DNA from: an uncultured virus (IMG/VR IMGVR_UViG_3300025767_000007)
Taxonomy: Duplodnaviria; Heunggongvirae; Uroviricota; Caudoviricetes
Strand: one strand, 5' to 3'
DNA: 64,000 bases
IMG/VR virus record: IMGVR_UViG_3300025767_000007
Shown here: piece after piece, positions 56,998-64,000 of the stretch
Layout: each line of letters starts with the position of its first letter
Position numbering within the stretch: position 1 is the stretch's first letter
Program-made: the position numbers and the translations under genes
Notes under the pieces: model-generated
Database searches by the model: none
Told to the model about the DNA's origin: nothing
The model's input: the letters and a program-made list of their open reading frames with translations, nothing else

Positions 56998-57483
56998 ATG
57001 CCTAAATTAAGCACATATGACGACAGTGGATTTGATACATCTATTAGTATTAAAAGCAAAAATAAACTAGCTACAAGCGATAGCCTAGCAATGGTTGCAG
57101 GCGATAACAGAAATGTTACAATAGATGTTGCCGCAAGCAGAGCGGCCACTGATAATGCCGCCGCAGTAACTACTGCCGGAGGAGCTGAAACAACTATTAA
57201 GAATACCAACGAGAATTGGGTAAACAGTAAATGGAGACCTATGATGGGTTGGGTATACATGGGAACATGTATTTTTGATTTTATATTAGCACCAATTGGT
57301 TGGGGAATACTACAAACAATGGGAGCAGGGTCCGGAGGACAAGTAGCAGTACAATGGGCTCCTCTAACATTACAAGGAGCAGGACTTTATCATGTTGCAA
57401 TGGGTGCCGTTATTGGTGTAACAGCATTTGGTAGAACTAAAGAAAAGACTACAGCAACATCTGCATTAGGAAAACTAAAGTAA
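56998..57483 (+). CDS. holin-like membrane protein (3TM/GTA-holin type)
   Basis: WRPMMGWVY...FDF, TM segments, G...GR..EK C-terminus. Confidence 0.6.
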   Translation: MPKLSTYDDSGFDTSISIKSKNKLATSDSLAMVAGDNRNVTIDVAASRAATDNAAAVTTAGGAETTIKNTNENWVNSKWRPMMGWVYMGTCIFDFILAPIGWGILQTMGAGSGGQVAVQWAPLTLQGAGLYHVAMGAVIGVTAFGRTKEKTTATSALGKLK

Positions 57484-57484
57484 T

Positions 57485-59518
57485 ATGGCAATCAAGACTA
57501 ATCAAACAACAGATACACTAACTCCAAGTACTGGTACTATAATAGTAAACTCTACTGGAGCATTAGAAGTACCTACAGGTAATACACTTCAAAGACCGGT
57601 AACACCGGGTGCAGGTGCCTTGCGTTTTGATTCTAGTTCTTCTACATTAGATATATTTGATGGATCATTATGGAATACATTAGTTTCTTTGTCTTATGTT
57701 GATACAACTGCAACAAACTTGCAAACACAGATTAATAATATTGTTAGCAACTTAGATCCTGCAACATTAGATTCTTTAACAGAAATCGTTACCGCTTTTC
57801 AAAGCGAAGATAACACATTACTTTCTTTGATTAATACTGCTAATACGAATATTAGTGCAGTACAAACAGGCTTAACACAAGAAATTAGTAATAGACAGTT
57901 TGCAGATACACTTGCAACCAACGCAAGAGCAACAGAAGTTACTAATAGGACCAATGCTGATACATTATTACAAACTAATATAACAGCAGAAGAAACTGCT
58001 CGTATAGCACAAGACAATCAATTAGCAATAGATATTCAGCAAGAAAAATCAGATAGACAAACTGCTATTTCTACAGTAAATACTTCAATTACTAACAAAG
58101 AAACTGCTCGTATTGCCGCAGATGCAATTCATACTGCTAACATTACAACACTTTCTGGAGACTTAAACACAGAAATATCTGACAGACAAACTGCAATTAC
58201 TACCGAAGCCAATGCTCGTATTGCTGGCGATGCCGCAAACGGTGCTAATATTAGCACATTAACAACAAACTTAGCAACCGAAGTAACTGACAGAACAAAC
58301 GCAGACACTACATTACAAAATAATATTGATAGTAACAGTCTAAGTATATCACAAGAAATACAAGACAGATCAGCCGCTGATACAACATTACAAACTAATC
58401 TTGATACAGAAATAATTGATAGAACAAATGCTGATACAACATTACAAACTAATATTGATACAGAAGAAACTGATAGAATAGCCGCTGATACAGCATTACA
58501 AACTAGTATTACTACTAATACAACAAATTTAGCAACTGAAGTAACTGACAGAACAAACGCAGACACTACATTACAAAATAATATTGATGCTGAAGAAACT
58601 GCTCGTATTGCCGGAGATGCTGGCTTACAAACAACCATTGATAACTTAGAACTAAGTGATCTAACAGATGTAACTAACACTTCTCCAACAGACGGGCAGA
58701 TGCTTAGTTATGATGGTACAACAGGCAACTTTAGACCACAAACAGTAGCACTTGCTCCTGTTAATAAAAACTATGTTGGTGACGGAACAACTTTACAATT
58801 TGATTTAGGACAAGATGTTCCAAGCCCAAACAATCTTGTTGTAGTAGTTGATGGAATTGCACAGAAACCTTTGTATAGTTATGTTGTTACCAACGGAGAT
58901 AAGTTAGTATTTGACGAAGCTCCTGAGAGCGGATCTATAGTTGAAGTTAGAATATTAGTAGGACAATCCACAACTGATAGACCTAGGCCTAAAATTTCAA
59001 ACATTGCATACTCAGAAACCGCCGCTCCAGTTTTTAATCTTATTACATTTAATGTTACAGAGATGACTTATGGATTTGGTGCTAAAATAGGAACGGTTCC
59101 TATTGCACATATTGAATATCCATCAGCTGGATCTATGCAATTAAAAACTGCTGAAACGTTTACTGGAAATCAATCTATTACATTAATTGATAATAGCGGA
59201 AACGAATTTGTATTCGAAGATGCGTTTGCAGAACCAGATGGGACTTCCAATCCATTATGGACCGATGCAAGAAAATTTATTGGTACTTTTAGTGCTGGAG
59301 ACAGCATTAATTACGCAATAGGTGTAAATAACACGTCAACATTGACTCTGGGTGCAACATCATCCCAGGAAACTGCTCCGACTTGGTTGTCGATTAGCGG
59401 TTTGACTCTTGTAGGAACTGCACCAACATTGAGCAGTCCTTGCAGATACGAGTTCCAAATAATTGCAACAATAGGCAGTAAGAGTATATCTCGTAATTAT
59501 TGGCTTGTTGTAATTTAA
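57485..59518 (+). CDS. fibre/whisker-like virion protein with coiled-coil repeats and Ig-like C-terminus
   Basis: LDSLTEI motif, E..DR..AD..LQ..I repeats, LSDLTDV, GDGTT..F. Confidence 0.7.
   Translation: MAIKTNQTTDTLTPSTGTIIVNSTGALEVPTGNTLQRPVTPGAGALRFDSSSSTLDIFDGSLWNTLVSLSYVDTTATNLQTQINNIVSNLDPATLDSLTEIVTAFQSEDNTLLSLINTANTNISAVQTGLTQEISNRQFADTLATNARATEVTNRTNADTLLQTNITAEETARIAQDNQLAIDIQQEKSDRQTAISTVNTSITNKETARIAADAIHTANITTLSGDLNTEISDRQTAITTEANARIAGDAANGANISTLTTNLATEVTDRTNADTTLQNNIDSNSLSISQEIQDRSAADTTLQTNLDTEIIDRTNADTTLQTNIDTEETDRIAADTALQTSITTNTTNLATEVTDRTNADTTLQNNIDAEETARIAGDAGLQTTIDNLELSDLTDVTNTSPTDGQMLSYDGTTGNFRPQTVALAPVNKNYVGDGTTLQFDLGQDVPSPNNLVVVVDGIAQKPLYSYVVTNGDKLVFDEAPESGSIVEVRILVGQSTTDRPRPKISNIAYSETAAPVFNLITFNVTEMTYGFGAKIGTVPIAHIEYPSAGSMQLKTAETFTGNQSITLIDNSGNEFVFEDAFAEPDGTSNPLWTDARKFIGTFSAGDSINYAIGVNNTSTLTLGATSSQETAPTWLSISGLTLVGTAPTLSSPCRYEFQIIATIGSKSISRNYWLVVI
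58262..58588 (+). repeat. near-perfect ~69-bp direct repeat pair within the coiled-coil gene
   Basis: 58262-58330 and 58520-58588 differ at two positions. Confidence 0.85.
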
Positions 59519-59637
59519 AAAATCATTTATATAACGGAAAATATTTTCCTAATCCCTTATTGGGTCTAACCAATTTAATTTTAGACAACTACAAATGACG
59601 CATGAGTGTCATTTCTTAATAATAAGGAAAAGAAAAC

Positions 59638-62600
59638 ATGCCTTTAATTAAAGCACGTTCGAGTTCGTTAATAAACTCAATTGATTTAAGAGGTACTCCG
59701 ACTGCCGCTACTGCCGCCGCTGGTACATCAACTACCCAGCTCGCGTCAACAGGCTTCGTAACAACAGAAATTAGCAACTTAGTTAACGCCGCACCTACTC
59801 TTCTAGATACACTAGACGAATTAGCCGCGGCAATTGGTGATGATGCCAGTTTCTCTACCACGATGACAACAGCACTATCGGAAAAAGTAGCATTAGCAGG
59901 TGGTACAATGACTGGAGCATTAGTGCTCTCAGGTGCACCAGCCAATGACCTCGAAGCATCAACAAAGAAATATGTTGATGATGGATTATTAGCTCAGCTA
60001 ATTTCTTCAACAGATGATGTTTCAGAAGGAACAAACAATCTTTATCATACAACTGCAAGAGTAAGAGCAGGAATTACTTTATCATCAGATAACACTACAG
60101 TATTAGATTACGATAGTGCCACTGGTGTTATTTCATATGCTCATCCTACTACTGCTGGTATTATAGAAGATGCATCAAACTTGTACTATACAGATGCTCG
60201 TGTTAGAGCCGCTATCTCATTAACAACAACAGATAGCACAATTTTATCTTATAGTAATACAACTGGTGCATTTACTTTCGCAGAGCAAGATACTGATAAA
60301 GTTGATGAAGGTTCATCAAATCTATACTTTACAACTGCAAGAGCGAGAACTTCTGTAAGTGCAGGTACTAACGTTACATACAACTCAGCTACTGGTGTTA
60401 TTTCAGCAGACGGTGCGGTTGTTAGTGTTAACGGTGCTGACGGTATTGTTACAATAGGAACAGATGATGTAGATGAAGGTTCAAGTAACTTATACTTTTC
60501 AGAAACTAGAGCAAGAAATGCTATTAGTTTAACAAGTACTGATACAAACACACTATCTTATAGTGCTGGAAGTGGTGTACTTACATATACAAAACCAAAT
60601 TCAGATGGTATTGCAGAAGGTACAACTAACCTTTACTTTCTTGACAGTAGAGCAAGAGCCGCAATTAGTGCCTCTGGAGATGTTGCTTACAACTCAACTA
60701 GTGGTGTAATTACATTTAACATGTCTGATCACGATACTGATGATTTAGCTGAAGGTACAACTAACCTTTACTTTCTTAACAGTAGAGCAAGAGGTGCAAT
60801 TAGTGTAACAGGATCTTTAGCATACAATTCTACAACTGGTGTTATTTCTTACACAACTCCAGATACTGACGGTGTTGCTGAAGGTAGTTTAAACCTTTAC
60901 TATCTTGATAGTAGAGCAAGAGCTTCAATTAGTGCAAGTGGTGATTTAAGTTACGTTTCTAGTACAGGTATTATGTCTTATACAACTCCAGATTCAGATG
61001 GTATTACTGAAGGTTCAACTAACCTTTACTATCTTGATAGTAGAGCAAGAGCCGCAATTTCTGTAACAGGTGATTTGACATACAATGGTACAACAGGTGC
61101 AATTGGTTTTGCATTAGCAGATCATACAACAGCCGACTTAGCTGAAGGAACTAACCTTTACTATCTTGATAGTAGAGCAAGAGCCGCTATTTCAGTTTCA
61201 GGTTCCGCATTAGCATATGATAATACAACTGGTGTTCTTTCTACAAACGCATTAGTAGCAAGTGTTAACACTAAAACTGGTGTTGTAACATTAACTACAG
61301 ATGATATTAACGAAGGTTCATCTAACTTGTACTATACAGATGCTCGTGTTAGATCTGCTGTTTCATTAACTTCAGACGATACTACTGTTCTGTCATATAG
61401 TTCAGGAACTGGTGCATTTACATACGCCAAGCCTAACACAGACAAAATCAGTGAAGGTACAAGTAACTTGTATTTCTCAGATGCTAGAGCAAGAGCCGCA
61501 TTTTCTGAAGGAACAGGTGTATCAATTACAGCTGGAGAAATTGCTATCGGTCAGGCCGTTGCTACAACAGACAATGTTACATTTAATGACCTTGTTGTTG
61601 ATGGTGACTTAACTATCAATGGTACAACAACTACCGTTAATACAGCAACATTAGATGTTGAAGATATTAACATTACAGTAGCAAAAGGTGCCGCATCAGC
61701 GGCGGCCGCTAACGGTGCTGGTTTAACAGTTGATGGTGCCGCGGCAACTATCTTGTATGTTTCTGCAACTGACACTTGGGACTTTAACAAAGACGTTAAA
61801 GGAACATTTATTGGTGATTTAACTGGTGATGTTGTTGGTGATTTAACTGGTGATGTAACTGGTACAGTTTCAGACATTAGTAATCATGACACAGCTGACT
61901 TAGCTGAAGGAACTAACCTTTACTATCTTGATAGTAGAGCAAGAGCCGCTATTAGTGTAAACTCAACCGAACTAGGTTATGACAACGCAACAGGTGTTAT
62001 AACATATACTCAAGGTAATACTGATGGTGTTGCTGAAGGTTCAACTAACCTTTACTATCTTGACAGTAGAGCAAGAGGTGCAATTAGTGTATCAGGCGAT
62101 ATGACCTACAATTCTACAACAGGCGTTATTGGTTTTGCATTAGCAGATCATACAACAACTGATCTAACAGAAGGTGATAACAAGTATTACACAGATGCAA
62201 GAGCAAGAGCTTCTATTTCCGTTACAGGTGATTTAGCTTATGTAGCAGGAACAGGTGTTATTTCTTACTCAACACCAGACACAGACGGAGTTACAGAAGG
62301 AACAAATAACCTTTACTACACAGATGCTCGTGTTAGAGCGGCTATTAGTGGTAGTGGTGACATTGTGTATGATAGTGCAACAGGTGACTTTGCATACTCA
62401 ACTCCAGATACTGACGGTGTAGACGAAGGAACAAGTAACCTTTATCATACAACTGCTAGAGCAAGAGCAACAATAAGTGCAAGTGATGACTTAACTTATG
62501 ATAGTGCAACTGGTGTCATGACATTTAAGATGTCTGATCATGATACTGATGATTTATCTGAAGGTACAGCTAACTTGTACTACACAGATGCAAGAGTACA

Positions 62601-63462
62601 TAGTGCGATTTCATTAACATCAGATGATCAGGATATTATGTCTTATGATAACGCAGGTGGATTCACATTTGCTATCGGCAACATGGATACTGATGATGTT
62701 ACTGAAGGTACATCAAGTCTATACTTTACAACTGCTAGAGCAAGAGCTTCTGTAAGTGCTGGTAGTAACATTAGCTATGATAGTGCAACTGGTGTTATTT
62801 CAACATTAGCCGCAGTTCAGAGTGTTAATGGTGCAACTGGTGTTGTTACAATAGGAACTGATGACGTAGATGAGGGATCAAGCAATCTTTACTATACAGA
62901 TGCAAGAGCCCAAGCCTCTATTACAATGGTTACTGATGATACAACAATTCTAAGTTATGCTTCAGGTACTGGAACAATAACATATGTAACTCCGGATACA
63001 GATGCTATTAATGAAGGTTCTGTTAACGAATACTTTACCAATGCAAGAGCTGATGCTCGTATTGCCGCGGCAAGCCTTGATGACTTATCAGATGTTGATA
63101 CAGGTACTCCCGCTGACGGTGCCGCTCTTGTTTGGAGTTCATCAGGTCAGAAGTATGTAACAACCGACTTATCAACTACAACTACAGCCGCTAACTTTAC
63201 AGCTAACGGTACTGATACAGACTTTGACTTAACCAATGTTGTAGTCGACTCAATCGAAAATACCACCGTGTTTATTAACGGTATTTTCCAAGCACCAACA
63301 TATTCATACACTATTTCAAATGATGGTACTGATACTACTATTTCGTTTGATGCCGCTCCAGAAGCTAACGACATTGTTACAGTTCGTTATATTTTAGGTG
63401 GAACATTGAATACTGATGGTATACTTAACGAAAGCTCAACAATTGATGGTGGTACTTACTAA
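59638..63462 (+). CDS. long repeat-rich tail fibre-like protein
   Basis: About 20 copies of TD..EG..NLY...RARAAIS..Y...TG.I units. APTLLDTLDELAAA motif. Confidence 0.75.
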   Translation: MPLIKARSSSLINSIDLRGTPTAATAAAGTSTTQLASTGFVTTEISNLVNAAPTLLDTLDELAAAIGDDASFSTTMTTALSEKVALAGGTMTGALVLSGAPANDLEASTKKYVDDGLLAQLISSTDDVSEGTNNLYHTTARVRAGITLSSDNTTVLDYDSATGVISYAHPTTAGIIEDASNLYYTDARVRAAISLTTTDSTILSYSNTTGAFTFAEQDTDKVDEGSSNLYFTTARARTSVSAGTNVTYNSATGVISADGAVVSVNGADGIVTIGTDDVDEGSSNLYFSETRARNAISLTSTDTNTLSYSAGSGVLTYTKPNSDGIAEGTTNLYFLDSRARAAISASGDVAYNSTSGVITFNMSDHDTDDLAEGTTNLYFLNSRARGAISVTGSLAYNSTTGVISYTTPDTDGVAEGSLNLYYLDSRARASISASGDLSYVSSTGIMSYTTPDSDGITEGSTNLYYLDSRARAAISVTGDLTYNGTTGAIGFALADHTTADLAEGTNLYYLDSRARAAISVSGSALAYDNTTGVLSTNALVASVNTKTGVVTLTTDDINEGSSNLYYTDARVRSAVSLTSDDTTVLSYSSGTGAFTYAKPNTDKISEGTSNLYFSDARARAAFSEGTGVSITAGEIAIGQAVATTDNVTFNDLVVDGDLTINGTTTTVNTATLDVEDINITVAKGAASAAAANGAGLTVDGAAATILYVSATDTWDFNKDVKGTFIGDLTGDVVGDLTGDVTGTVSDISNHDTADLAEGTNLYYLDSRARAAISVNSTELGYDNATGVITYTQGNTDGVAEGSTNLYYLDSRARGAISVSGDMTYNSTTGVIGFALADHTTTDLTEGDNKYYTDARARASISVTGDLAYVAGTGVISYSTPDTDGVTEGTNNLYYTDARVRAAISGSGDIVYDSATGDFAYSTPDTDGVDEGTSNLYHTTARARATISASDDLTYDSATGVMTFKMSDHDTDDLSEGTANLYYTDARVHSAISLTSDDQDIMSYDNAGGFTFAIGNMDTDDVTEGTSSLYFTTARARASVSAGSNISYDSATGVISTLAAVQSVNGATGVVTIGTDDVDEGSSNLYYTDARAQASITMVTDDTTILSYASGTGTITYVTPDTDAINEGSVNEYFTNARADARIAAASLDDLSDVDTGTPADGAALVWSSSGQKYVTTDLSTTTTAANFTANGTDTDFDLTNVVVDSIENTTVFINGIFQAPTYSYTISNDGTDTTISFDAAPEANDIVTVRYILGGTLNTDGILNESSTIDGGTY

Positions 63463-63486
63463 TCATTAATTAGAGTTAGATTTACT

Positions 63487-63516
63487 GAATAAGGGGCTTT
63501 ATGCCCCTTATTCTTT
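63487..63516 (+). terminator. rho-independent terminator
   Basis: gaataaggggc-tttat-gccccttattc-ttt. Confidence 0.85.
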
Positions 63517-63576
63517 GACACAATTATATAGAAAAGACATAAATACCTTGTATACTATTACTCAAAGGATAAATGC

Positions 63577-64000
63577 ATGCCACTTTTTAGAGGTCAACTA
63601 AAGCACATTAGGGGTTTAACAGACTATAAAGACAGCGTTCTTGTAGCCTCAACAAATAATGTTGGAGTAACATCAACTATATCTTCTGTTGATGGAGTTA
63701 CTTTATCTGAAGGAGATAGAATACTTCTAGTAGGACAAACTACTACAACAGAAAATGGCATCTATGCAAGTCAATCTAACGGAACAATAGCAAGAGCATT
63801 TGATGCAGATAGTACTGAAGAGTTTTCTTCTGGTATGACTGTTTATGTTGAACAAGGAACTAGTAATGGCAAGAGCACTTGGCTCTTGATAACAACTGGA
63901 GAGATTGTATTAGGTACTACTTCGCTTCAATTCCAAAAGCAATCACAGATATATGATTCTCTTGAAGGAACATATGGCGGAGCATCAAAATCTTTAACTT
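63577..64000 (+). CDS. virion structural/fibre protein, 3'-truncated
   Basis: MPLFRG...DYKDSV..VDGVTLSEGDRILL.GQ....ENGIY. Open to the window end, with AAGGA RBS. Confidence 0.75.
   Translation, partial: MPLFRGQLKHIRGLTDYKDSVLVASTNNVGVTSTISSVDGVTLSEGDRILLVGQTTTTENGIYASQSNGTIARAFDADSTEEFSSGMTVYVEQGTSNGKSTWLLITTGEIVLGTTSLQFQKQSQIYDSLEGTYGGASKSLT

Noticed and set aside
52900..59605. 12-bp sequence tcatgcgtcatt (52900) matching the reverse complement aatgacgcatga (59594) in two late leaders
   Set aside because: Only two copies in opposite orientation, which is compatible with chance
60628..62080. Regularly spaced ~31-bp repeats resembling a CRISPR array
   Set aside because: They are in-frame parts of protein repeats. 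The intervening ~100-bp segments are homologous to each other, and there are no cas genes.
57485..63462. Diversity-generating retroelement acting on fibre genes
   Set aside because: No reverse transcriptase, and no TR/VR pair with adenine-specific mismatches in the window
63515..63545. TTGACA after the terminator as a sigma70 promoter
   Set aside because: No good -10 at 16-18 nt spacing. The TAAATA late motif explains the site better.
1..64000. Stop-codon reassignment as seen in some jumbo phages
   Set aside because: Conserved genes are full length under the standard code, and TAA, TAG and TGA all terminate genes

Overview
AT-rich segment of a large, distantly T4-like myovirus, probably an uncultivated aquatic jumbo phage (inferred from gene content). 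Left part (1-19.8 kb): accessory genes, including a PiT-like phosphate transporter, two membrane lipid desaturase/hydroxylases, four 2OG-Fe(II)/cupin oxygenases, two PP-loop ATPases, GNAT-like proteins, thyX, a methyltransferase and a run of GT-A glycosyltransferases. Middle (19.9-41 kb, minus strand): baseplate module with gp6-, gp25-, gp5- and gp53-like genes and a 2970-aa wedge protein. Next come the gp55 late sigma factor, a MazG-like enzyme, gp47/gp46, a Holliday junction resolvase, a ~550-nt densely structured non-coding element and a tail-chaperone pair with a clear -1 frameshift signal. The right end holds the tape measure gene, head module (gp20/21/22/23), holin and repeat-rich fibre genes. 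Best leads: the structured RNA-like element, the programmed frameshift, the late-promoter-linked tailoring-enzyme island beside virion genes, a TAARTA late promoter that appears to drive leaderless mRNAs, and apparent window-wide GCWGC avoidance. All family calls come from motif recognition by eye; no database searches were run.
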